From NCBI RefSeq assembly GCF_001194135.2, contig NC_068983.1, positions 119,860,221-119,921,988 of the forward strand: a stretch of DNA of 61,768 nucleotides, written 5' to 3'. Made by a program: the position numbers and the translations under genes. The stretch comes from Octopus bimaculoides. Its lineage: Eukaryota. The notes beneath the pieces were generated by a model, which worked only from the letters and a program-made list of their open reading frames with translations, searched no databases and was not told where the DNA came from. Positions 29,201 to 41,800 of this stretch are shown here, one piece after another (position 1 is the first letter of the stretch; the number at the start of each line of letters is the position of its first letter).

Positions 29201-32200
29201 TTACATTTATTTATTTAACAGTATTTAACAAATAGGTTTATTGTCAATTAAAAAATTTCAATTAAAAAACATATATAAAATCAAATCGCCCATAAAAAGT
29301 ATTTGCTGTCCATGGACCCCCTGTCTTGTCCTTGCGGACCCCCTGTGGTCCGCGGACCACAGTTTGAAAACCCCTGTCTTAACAGACACAGGTCCTCCTT
29401 TAGGATCCCAGAGAGGCACATTATTACACCCTTGGCCAGTTACTTTCAAATGCCCAGAAGACTCTTTTGAGGTTGCAGATAGATTCTGTTATATCGGTGA
29501 TCAAATCAGCAGTGGTACAGGATGTTCTGAAAGTATTGTTGCTAGAATAAGAATAGGATGGAGGAAGTTCAGAAACCTAATACTTTTGATGACAACCAAA
29601 AAAACTATCTCAGAGTAAAAGGCAGGTTGTATGATGCTTGTATATGGACAGTTATACTCCATGGTAGTGAAACTCTTAATGCATATGACATGCACAGACT
29701 AGAGAGGAATGAAGCTACTATGCTCCATTGGATTTGCAACATCAATATGCATGTATGCCAAAGTGCAAATGCACTAAAAGAAAAGTTGGACATAAGAGGA
29801 ATCAGATGCAGCATGCAAGAGAGAAGACTATGTTGGTTAGGACATGCAATGTGTATGAATGATGACAGCTGTATAAAGAAGAGCCAACTGCTTAAAGTGA
29901 ATGGCACCTGTGAAAGAGACAGACATAGGAAGACATGAGATGAAGTAGTGAGGACCAATCTGAAGATGACAATGAACTGAGATGTCTGGTAATATAAGAT
30001 TCTCAAGAAGACCCACCCANNNNNNNNNNTGAGGACCAATCTGAAGATGACAATGAACTGAGATGTCTGGTAATATAAGATTCTCAAGAAGACCCACCCA
30101 CCTCAGCAAAACTGAGTTTTAGGAGTAGTCACTCACCCACATGTAACAATAAGTTTTCACACACTCAACCCCAATAAACCAAACAACATCTCCTCTTCCT
30201 CACATTTCCTCTTTTTTATGCACTATGTTTATCTCTCCTTCGCACTCCTGCAGCCCAATCCAATCCTCCCTGCCCTTGCCAACTGTAACATTTCTATCTT
30301 GTTGTTCCCCACCTATATGAACTCCCTACTCATGATGCTCTACCATCCCAATTATATTCTCATTCCTGTACTTTGAAAGCATGCCTTGGCACATCAATGC
30401 CTTCTCACTTTTGCTCACTCTCACTCACGCATTCTCTCAATCTCACTTACTCTCTCTCTCCCTCCTTCTGACTAGAGTAACCACGTATCTCCTCTACAGC
30501 AAGACACCTTTTTCTGTTCCTCTGTAACACTCTAGCCTCTCATCATCTGGCACAAAACCATCTCCTCCAATACCACTCCTCCTCTTAATAGCTCTTGCAG
30601 GTTATTTGGTGACCTCACTGGTGCTGATGCTACATAAAAAAGCATCCAGTCCACTATGTAAATTGGTTGGTGTTACAAAGGACATGCAGCCATAAAAAAA
30701 CCATGCCACAACAGACCTTGTCTGTGCTGGTACCACATAAAAAGCACCTAGTTCACTCTGTAATGTGATTGGCATTACTAGTGCATCCAGCTGTAAAAAG
30801 TATGACATAACAGAGATTAGGAGCCTGGTGCAGTCCTCTGGCAAACCAGCACCTGTCAAACTGTCCAACCCATACCAGCATGGAAGACAGACGTTAAATG
30901 ATAATCTATATTGTTACAAAAATGTAACGTTATAATAAAAACCAGTCAGCTAGATAGAAACTAAAGAATCAAGGGAGACAACTGTACATTTACCCTAAAA
31001 CTTCTAACAGACAAATGAGTATTATTTCATGTCAGTGTTACAGAAAGAATAAATCAAAGGTTGTCACTTTACCTGGGCAGTGCCATTTAAAAACAGGAGG
31101 ATGACGAAAGTAGTGAAGTTACTCCACATCCCAAAAGTCATCTGGAAGTAAAAGACAAAATATATAATAATTTTTTTAAAAATTTAACCACATGTGGTAA
31201 GAAGCTTGCTTCCCAATCACAGGGTTCTGGGTTCAGTCCCACTACATGGTACCTTGGGCAAGTGTCTTCTACTATAGCTTCAGGCTGACCAAAGCCTTGT
31301 GAGTGGATTTGGTAGACGAAAACTGAAAGAAGCCCATCGTGCGTGTGTGTGTGCGTGTGTGTTTGCGTATGTATGTATGTAGTTCTGTGTCTGTGTTTGA
31401 CCCCCAACCATCGCTTGACAACCAATGTTGGTGTGTTTACGTCCCTGTAACTTAGCAGTTCTGCAAAAGAGACTGATGGAATAAGTACTAGGCTTACAAA
31501 GAATAAGTCTTGGGGTCGATTTGTTCGACTAAAGGCGGTGCTCCAACATGGCCGCGGTCAAATGACTGAAACAAGTAAAAGAGTAAAAGAATAAAAGAAT
31601 ATGCAATATTTTGTTTGTAAAGAAAAGGAGAGTGAAGATATTTTTAGGTAGAGATTAGCCCAGTAAATTACAGGTATTTATTTTATTGCCCCAGCAAGTA
31701 TAAAAGGCAGATTTTACTTTGGTAAAATGTAAAATCAAAACCCAGAGCTACAGAAAAAAACAATGTAAAATGCTGTCTATATCAGGCTCTCTACCAGTCA
31801 GCATAGGTCTAAAGCCAAGGGTTTCAGAGGAAGGAGTATGGTGTGTTGTGATATTCATGCTTTTCCAAATGCATTAATTTTTAAATGAATTCCAGCTGGA
31901 AACTAAAATTAGAATGTGGTCTCAGTTTAACTAAGAAGTTAGTGTTGAACCACATCAAAATCCATGGCATTATAGCATTACACAACACTATTAACACCAA
32001 AAAACGATACTGTTATGGAATACCAGAATATCAGAACCCCAAAGATCACTTTACCTTGGAATTAAACAACAAAATGTACATCACTACAGTATCACATAAC
32101 ACCATTACAGTACTACAGGAACACGCTTAAAACATTACAACACCACCAGAAAGCACATTACAATATCACACACATTACAGTACCATAACCGACACTAACA

Positions 32201-35200
32201 AAGGAGTAGTGCCACCATGAAAACCGCTATGCTGTTGCTTCACCTGTAAGAAATAACACACAAATTTCCTTCATGTGATCTTTGGTTGCTGAGTTTCATA
32301 GAGGCAATGACAAGTGACCGAGACTTCAGGTGATTTGCTGTGCTTGAGAAGACATGTCAAGCTAACAGAATCGTGGTCATTGCTAGTGCTGGTGACATAT
32401 ATAAAGCACTTGTGCAAGTGACACACGACAAATATCCAGTACAATGTGCCAAGTAGTTGACGTTAGGAAGAGCATCTAGCCAGAAAAACCAAAGCCAAAG
32501 TAGACACTGGTGCCAATGCAGCTCTCCAGCTTACCAGTCCCAGTCAAACCATCTAACCCATGCTAGCATGGAAAACGAACACTAAATGATGATGATGATA
32601 ATGACGATATCCTACTTTAAAATAAAAAGGAGACACAAAATAATGTAGTCTAAGATATGCTATATCTCAGACAAGATGGTTATATCTTGAACACCTTTTA
32701 TCATAAGTCTGTTCAACTAGGATTGCCTTACAGCTAAACAACATCATCTACCACTTCAACACCACATAATCACAACACTAGAGCACAAGACTACAGTACC
32801 ATGTCACTACAACCACTCAAATCACAGCAACAGAAGAATTCTTGCTGTAAAATACAACCTTATACACCAGCTGCCACATCATTACATCATATCAATCCTG
32901 TAACATGAACATTCACCTCCAATTAACTTATAGGTAAACAAAAAAAAATTTGTGTGGGATTCTATTACATCTGGAGTTGGGAGACGGTTCTTTTAATTTT
33001 ATAATACACAACTTACCTAATAGTAAGTGGACAAGATGTGTCATTGATGCACAGGGAGCCAGGCAATAAGCCTGGCCTGACCATGGGTGCAAGGTAGCAT
33101 CTATTTAAGAGTTATTAGGCTGGTAATGTTTACAGTGCATCAATAACTAACTTCTAGTAATATTTGTGGTTGATGGGAAAAAGTCTTTTTTTAATCAATA
33201 TTAAAGCATTTCCACTTATCTCTAACACATGAATGTGAATCTTTGTGTGTGTGTAAAGAGAGAGGTGGGTAGGGAGATGAAACATCATAATTTCACAGAA
33301 TATATATTGATAAATCAGAAATAAACTTACCATTGACAAACCAGAGAAAACAAGACAAAACCCAAATGTTTTCCTTGGCCCAATTTTGTCTCCAACTGAT
33401 CCCAGAAGGATCTGAAAGTTGAAATAATATGAAAAGATATCTATAAAGTAAAATATGTAAATTGAAATACAATAAAATATTTCCTTAAAATATTCTGAGA
33501 TCTAAGTGGATAAGTTAAATACTTTTATTACTTTAAATAGTTGGTCATTGTTTCTATGTGAGTTGGAGCATGTAAAACTATATACAAAGGCTTAAATATG
33601 CAATATGATTCCTGCAATAAATTTAAGCACAAGACCCATAAATAGGTGGTAGTTGTTTAGTCCAAAGTCTGACCGGCAAAGAAAGGTATCTCAGTTGCAT
33701 CCCTGCCATCTTTTCAGGGACATACATGATATGCCCTTTCCTTATTTAAGACAGAAGGATGTGATCTAAAGGAAGTTTGACTGCTATTTCTAGTAAGCAG
33801 AGTGAGAACACAAGATCTTTTCTGCTGATTTGTGAAACTATTTACGCATCAGAAATACCTCAACAAGGTTGCTTGACTGACTAGAAATAGCAGCCAAATT
33901 TCTTGCCTTTAATCATAGTTCACTTTGACCAAGCTTGATCTGGGGCTAATCGGCAACTGATATTTTGCAGCAAAAGTCTTGGTTTTCTTTGTTCTAAAAT
34001 CAACATATATACAACTGACGAACACTATAAACAATGATCATTGGATAAGGAGGTTGAGCAGGAAACAAACTGAAAAGTTATGATAGAGGGCTCTTTCTTC
34101 TGATTGGGTAATATCTAAGACAAGATTTTAGTAATTTATACACATATAATGTTTATTTTTCTTACAATACATCGTCTAAACTAAATCTTTGCTCTCCATT
34201 GAAATTTTAATATATTACACTGTCAATACATTTTGGTATATTATATTCTCATAACAAATATTTTCCTCATCTATTAGACTAGGGGTTCTCAACCATTTTT
34301 TCCCCTATGGATTCCTTTGATTCCTATTTTATTCGGGTGGACCCTCATAGCCATTCGATGTTTAAAAACATCCTATTATATTTTTATACTTAAATATTAT
34401 ATTTTTGCAGAAAAAAGTGTAGGTGGCTACAGCTAGCCACCTACACTTTTTTCTGCAAAAATAGGGGTAGTTTATCCTGTTCAGGCTATATTATTAGCAT
34501 TATTCTGTGATTGAGAATTTAAAATCACTTCTTTAACTTTCTAAGACATCTCAACGCTTCTAAAAGCAAACTTCGTTTGTTTATTTACGTTTGTCGTAAT
34601 TTGAATTTAAATATTATAATTGTATAAAAAAAAATAATAATATTTTGTGTTGTAGAAGTATAATCAATTTATTGCACATAAACCTTAACAGCAAAATTTT
34701 ATATGGACCCCTAAGGATCATATGGAACCACTGTGTTAGACCATTATTTAGTTGAATTTTCTCACCAACATGCTGAATTTACTAGCTCACAGATGACTGG
34801 CTTCTTTTGGGTTTCTTCTATGGCTTTATAGCAGCCTCTGTTATTTTGAACCAGCGAGCAGCATACCTTCTCAACCTCGTTTCTCCTCACCTTGTTACAT
34901 TTTCTATTCTGCTTCTGTCCAAAAGCACTACAATATTCACTTCTAATTAATCCCCACCTCATGAATCTTGTTAGTCTCAGACTGCTCATGTCATAGGAGT
35001 TATCTCCCCTTTTTTTCTTTGATTGACATAACTGTCAACTGCAAGTATGACTTTATAGCTTATACCACACTTTGGCTTATTGTTTTAGGAGCCCAAGTAG
35101 TCATGATTAGACATAGACACGCTCTCGACCTTCCCAACTTTGAATCAGTGGAATATTAAGTATGCAACAGCAAGAAGGAGAGGGGTTTGCATCAGCACTT

Positions 35201-35806
35201 GGCTGCCACTTGTCTGTAGCTAAGTAGACAAGAACAATGTGAAATGTATAATTGCTCAAAGACACAATGCCCATCCAGTCTAGGAGTTGAACTGAGGCTC
35301 ATATGATTGTGAGCCCAACATCCTAACCACTAAACTAGATACCAAGGTCAGGTTTATACCCAGTGGAGCACCTGGGCCTCTATGATTTTGTTAATTCAAA
35401 ACACAATAGAGCCCCATCAAATCTAGGCACCCTAAACAATTTGAAGAGGCCCCAAAACTTAAAAGTACCTTGGTAGATTCAGAGGGGCTCAGTTAAATTT
35501 AATGGAGTTTCAAACGTAAAGGGCCCAATAAATCAAAAGAGGGCCCAATGATTTTAAAAGAACTCTATTGGATTAGAAAATTTAAACAAGTAAAAAAAAA
35601 TACAAGTCATTTATTTTATTGCTGTAAATATATTTTTTTTAATTTTTAACTTCAAGCTTTAGGCTTGACCCCTGGGCCATGGCTCATATTGGTCCATATA
35701 TAAATCTAGGCCTGCGATGCACCTTCACATCTTCTGAGTAATTTATTAACCAGAAAGACCACAATATAAACAGAACATATATACTAGAGTTAAAAACAAG
35801 ATGTAA

Positions 35807-35884
<78 letters not shown>

Positions 35885-38800
35885 AAAATATAAAATGTCA
35901 GTCACAGTTGTAACCTCCTTTCTAACTTACACTAAATGTAATAAAAAAATAGCAATAAAAAATGTTGCTAAAATTAAGCACAAAATACTTGCAGGATTCA
36001 GTTGATGGTCCTCCAAGCCTTAACAGAGGAGTTTAAGAGCAGCTAACTGCAGAGACTTCTAGCTCAAGGAGGGGAACCCTGGAGCAAATCCTGCAGAGAG
36101 GTTTAAGACCAACTAACTGCAGAAACTTCTTGCTCAAGGAGAGAAACCCTGAAGCACATCCTCAGTAGCTGTTCAAAAGCCCTGGGAAAAGACCATTACT
36201 GCGGGAGATATAACCATGTTTACAAGGTCATAATAGACACCATCTGAAGTGGGATTAGTCATTGCAAGCACTTCTGCCCAACAAAGAAGTTTAATTCCTT
36301 CTGTTATGGTTGGCATAAAGATGATGCTAGCTGCTATGTGCATCTCCTTGGGCCTCCTTGCAACAGCAAATGACTAGGAGCTGAAAGCTGACCTGGGGAA
36401 GCAGCTTAAGTTCACAAAAAATGTCACCTCATCATGACTAAGGCCAGATATGACACTAATCTCAGAAGTATCCAAGCAGGTAATTCTATCAAAACTCTCT
36501 TCTCTGGGAGAACTACATATGCAGAGTTAGAAAATATGCAGTTAGTGGAGCTATGGCAAAACAATGGGTGGCAAGCAAGGTGTGATCTTATCAAGGTGAG
36601 ATACAGAGGTTTTTCAGGCCAGTTCCTCAACAGAGCTCATAGCATGCTTGGCATGACAGGGGCCCAGTAGGCAGAAGGTAGTTAGCTGTGGAGGCAGCGT
36701 AGGTTGCTTCATGGTGGCTCTGGGTTAAGAGGTGCAAGCCTTGGATGAGACTGAGCCTGGGTGAGAGTGTCTGATGTTGAGAGACCTGAAACACCTGATT
36801 ACTGATGATGCGTCCAGATGTATCACAAGATGATTCACAGAGAAAGGTATATGTTGTTGATGACCTAGTTCTTTCAGGTGAATCTACAGCAGATTTAGAG
36901 CTATAAAAAATTTGTTTTATTTTTGTGGGGGATGGGGATAGTTTCTGGTAGCAAGTTAGTTTTTATGAGAAAAGGCTGTTAGGCTATAGCTCAAACCCTT
37001 GTCTTTTACTTACACTAGGAACTAGCTAGCATTCTCATTTAAATGAAACTAATCAGTGGTAATCAGCTGACTAGAAGGGAAGCCAACCACAGAAATTGAC
37101 TGCAGAAGGATGAAAGATAAAGTTGACTATGGCAGGATTTGAACTTACAATGCAAAGAACCAGGACAAATATTACATGGCATTTGTCCATCGCTCTACCA
37201 ATTCTGTCAAGCAACTGCTTTAAGTAGCACTAGACCTAAAAAAGATGAATGGCCATAGAATGCCTTTGATCATAATTACACTCAATGAAGACCAACTTGG
37301 GACTAAAACAATAGTAACAAAGGGACTCTACAGTGTTACATGACCTGCTAGAAATAGCTGATAAACTCCAAATTCTATTCTACCATCTTAAAAACAGAAA
37401 AGGCACATTGTATGAAGTAGTTCTTGATACATGGTGCCTGAAAAAAGGCAGGGATGTTTACCAAAGGAAAATCTTTGATCACAGATCTGCTGACTTCAAT
37501 CTAAAACATCATCCTCAGTTAACAATAGAGCTTCTTTCTAGTTCCTTAACCTGCAAGAAATGGTAGACAAATCCCCTTCAGATATCACCTATTATCTTAA
37601 AAATGGAAGGGTACACTGGGTAATAGACTTCTAGATGCACTATGCTGAAGAAATAAAACAAAGAGGTCACAAATGGAACACTTCTGATCATAAGTCTGCT
37701 TATCGGGGTAGATAACAACTACCACAAAACAACAAAAACAAAAAGGAAATTAAATTCTTAATTAACCTGCATGAAAGCATATGGTAACAGTAATGCAGTA
37801 TCCAACCATCCAAGCTTTTCTCTAGGAATATGTAACGACTGCTCCAAATCTGTTTTCACCTGGAATAAATTAAAATATTTTTAAAAAATGAAAAATTTCA
37901 GTATAACGAAAGCAATAAAAAATTCATGTAACATTTACTATGAATTAACTTTGAAGATTTTAATTTCAAATTTTGGTATAAGGTTAGCTATTTCAGGGGA
38001 GTTGGTAAATCAATTACATTGACACCAGTTACTCAGCTGGTAATTATTTTAATGACCCCAAAAGGACAAAATGAATCTTGGGAGTATATGAACTCAAAAT
38101 GTAAAGATGGACAAAATATCACTAAGCATTTTGCCTGGCATGGTAACATTTCTACAAACTTACCGCCTTTTCCAAAGATTTTAATATAAATGATATTAAA
38201 CATTATAATCCCAAATTTGAGAGAACAGAGAGAAAATGATCCACTGTTTAAAATATAAACAAAATGTTTAATGCTTCATCATTATTTTTGCATTCACTTT
38301 TTCTTTGCTGGCATGAGTTGGATGAGACTTTATGAGGTAGTATTCTACTATTTGATGTCCTTCCTATTGTCAACACTATTTGATGTCCTTCCTATTGTCT
38401 TTACACATTAAACAGCTAAGCTGTGGGACATAAACACAGCCCAAACAATGTCAATGAGAATAAATGCAGAGACAAATGCACATGCAGAAAGGCTTACATA
38501 TAGTTTCCAAATACCAAATCTCATTCACAAGGTATTGCTTTCACAAGGCTATAGTGGTAAACACTTGCCCAAGGTACCATGGACTGAGGCCAAATCTAAA
38601 ACCCAAAATAGCTGCAAAAATAGTCATAACTATATGAGACCAACCTTGGTGATTAAAAATACCAATAGCATAAATGAAAAGCTGAAAATGACATATATAA
38701 TTATGATAGATTGTTCCCCATTCAATGTTTAGGTAAACTTAGTCACCCACTCACTCACTCGCTCTCCCCACACAAAAAATGAAACAAATTTCGGAGCCAA

Positions 38801-41800
38801 AAATAGATTTTCTTTTTGCCGTTTTTAGCCCGAAATTTGTTTCGTTTTTATGTGTGGAGAGAGAGAGTGAAAGAGAGAGAAAGAAAGAGAGTGAGTAAGT
38901 GGGTGACGAAGATTACCTAAACATTGAATGGGTTGGGTGGTTTGACTGAGGACTGGCAAGCCAGGAAAATCTCTTCGGGATTATTATATATATATATATA
39001 CATAAAATTTCATTGAAAATAACTCCATTTTCCTAAAAGTTATGAGGGAAAAGCTCGGATCTTGTGAATTTTCCGAAGTCCTCTCCCCAACCTCCCGTTA
39101 CTTTGCGCACATTTTGTTTTTTTCATATTCGTTTCCTACACATTGTTCTACACCCATTCCAGTATATTTTTTGGATTTTCATTTCCGAGCCAAGATGTGA
39201 ACTTTGAAAGTTAGAATTGAGCGAAGATGCAGAGGTTATAGAAGTTAGTGGTAACAAAGTGAGGAGAAGTAGACAATAAATTCATCTTTAAAATAACACG
39301 TTAGAGTTTTCGGATGTATGAGNNNNNNNNNNNNNNNNNNNNNNNNNNNNNNNNNNNNNNNNNNNNNNNNNNNNNNNNNNNNNNNNNNNNNNNNNNNNNN
39401 NNNNNNNNNNNNNNNNNNNNNNNNNNNNNNNNNNNNNNNNNNNNNNNNNNNNNNNNNNNNNNNNNNNNNNNNNNNNNNNNNNNNNNNNNNNNNNNNNNNN
39501 NNNNNNNNNNNNNNNNNNNNNNNNNNNNNNNNNNNNNNNNNNNNNNNNNNNNNNNNNNNNNNNNNNNNNNNNNNNNNNNNNNNNNNNNNNNNNNNNNNNN
39601 NNNNNNNNNNNNNNNNNNNCCGAAAACTCTAACGTGTTATTTTAAAGATGAATTTATTGTCTACTTCTCCTCACTTTGTTACCACTAACTTCTATAACCT
39701 CTGCATCTTCGCTCAATTCTAACTTTCAAAGTTCACATCTTGGCTCGGAAATGAAAATCCAAAAAATATACTGGAATGGGTGTAGAACAATGTGTAGGAA
39801 ACGAATATGAAAAAAACAAAATGTGCGCAAAGTAACGGGAGGTTGGGGAGAGGACTTCGGAAAATTCACAAGATCCGAGCTTTTCCCTCATAACTTTTAG
39901 GAAAATGGAGTTATTTTCAATGAAATTTTATAGAAATACCTTTCAAATGGCATACATTACGATTATAAAGAAATTTGTGGGGAAAAATCTTTTCCAAAGG
40001 ATGGGGGAGAGGACTTTGAAAACTTCACAAGATCCGAATTTTGCGGGTCAAGATATAGGGGTTAATATTCAGGTTATGGGGTATCAAAAGATTCAGTACT
40101 ATTTCCACTACTAACAACTTTAAAATTATAATCTTTTCCATAAGATATCTATCGTAAACATTCTATACGACAACCATGATGACGTCATATTTTCTATGAG
40201 TATGTACCTTAAAAGACATCCACCATCACCTTCACTCACTATCTCTCCCCCTTTCTCTCTCACACGTGCACGCACAGACACACAAAATCTTGATTTTCCT
40301 CTAACATCATGGCTTTATGCAACTGTTGCGATATCACTCTTTATGAAGTTCTCCGTTTCCACGGCAAAAATAACACTGCCATTACATTTTTCATGGAACA
40401 CAGTGACCTGCCATTTACCTACAATTGTCCGACATGTAATTTTCCATGTATTTTGCGGAAGGAAACGAACATGTGGCATTGTCGTAGGATGGTACGACGA
40501 TGTCACCAATCCAGAAGGCAATATGGATGTTCTGAATCTTTATTGAAGAACTCCTTTCTGGAAAACACCCAAGTTCCGCCTTGGAAGATATTGCTCAGCA
40601 CAGCTTAGTCGTACAGATTAATCGAGGAAAATCTTGGATTCTCCCGTAAAACCTCTGTAGATTGGTGGTCTTTCTGCGCTGAGGTCTGCCAGTTTGGGGC
40701 AGAAAACCACCAAAATATGATCGGAGGAGATGGGGTTGAAATTGAGATCGATGAAACGGTTCTGGTCCATCGAAAATATCAACGCAGCAGAATAATCAAA
40801 ACAGTTTGGCTTTTTAGTGGACTGGAACGCTTGACGAAGAGAGCATTTATGGTCCCACTTTTGACGGAATGTGGCGAGGGCAACAGAAGGGATGTTGACA
40901 CCTTCATTCCTATCATTAGACGCTACATCAGGCCGCGATCAATAATTTATAGTGACTGTTGGTGTGCGTATAGTAACTTGAGCAGCATGGGCTATACACA
41001 CAATCAGGTTAATCAATCTGAACACTTTGTGGATCCCCATAACCCAGCTATTCACACTCAGAATATTAAGCGTTTATGGGGAAGCCTGAAAAGTGCACTG
41101 TTCGTCCCGGAATGAGACCGAAGTATCTCAAATAGTATGTTGCTAGGTTACTTTTTATACCGGCCATCTCACCCCCAACTCAGTGACTTCGTAGGTTTCT
41201 TTTGAAAGCTTGAAGACTGTACCCATGTTCCTGAAGACTCGGAAGAATTGGTTCTTGATGTTCAATGACCCTTAAGTGTTTTCTATCATGAAACGATATT
41301 CAACACCATATTTATGAAACCATTCGGATAAATTTTTACAAGTGCACCTCCACGCAGTTCATAAAAAAAACCCTCGGATTTCTCGCGTGTAATCACCTAC
41401 CCTGACCTCCTAATCTGCCGCAAATCCCTTATTTTTCTTTAAAAAAAAAAGGATGGGGCAGGAAACTGGAACCCCACCTTCCTGAAATTATTTGAAAATG
41501 TGCATAAATAGGAAGTATATTCTACAGACCCCCAAAAAATACATAAATGACAAAGCACACCTTTACTCACTCTCTCCACGCGAAATCGAAGCGTACTAGT
41601 TACCGCTTAAAATTGTTCAAGGAAAGTTGAAACACCTGATGCCATTTCAAAACTGTTTTGCAGCTTAGATCTTATANNNNNNNNNNNNNNNNNNNNNNNN
41701 NNNNNNNNNNNNNNNNNNNNNNNNNNNNNNNNNNNNNNNNNNNNNNNNNNNNNNNNNNNNNNNNNNNNNNNNNNNNNNNNNNNNNNNNNNNNNNNNNNNN

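Noticed and set aside
29949-30100. Direct duplication flanking a 10-N gap (similar case at ~15478-15670)
   Set aside because: Typical unmerged contig overlap
39003-39929. Apparently identical ~310-bp inverted repeat either side of an N gap
   Set aside because: Perfect identity across a gap in a repeat region is most simply a scaffolding or collapsed-repeat artefact, so I did not count it as a biological palindrome
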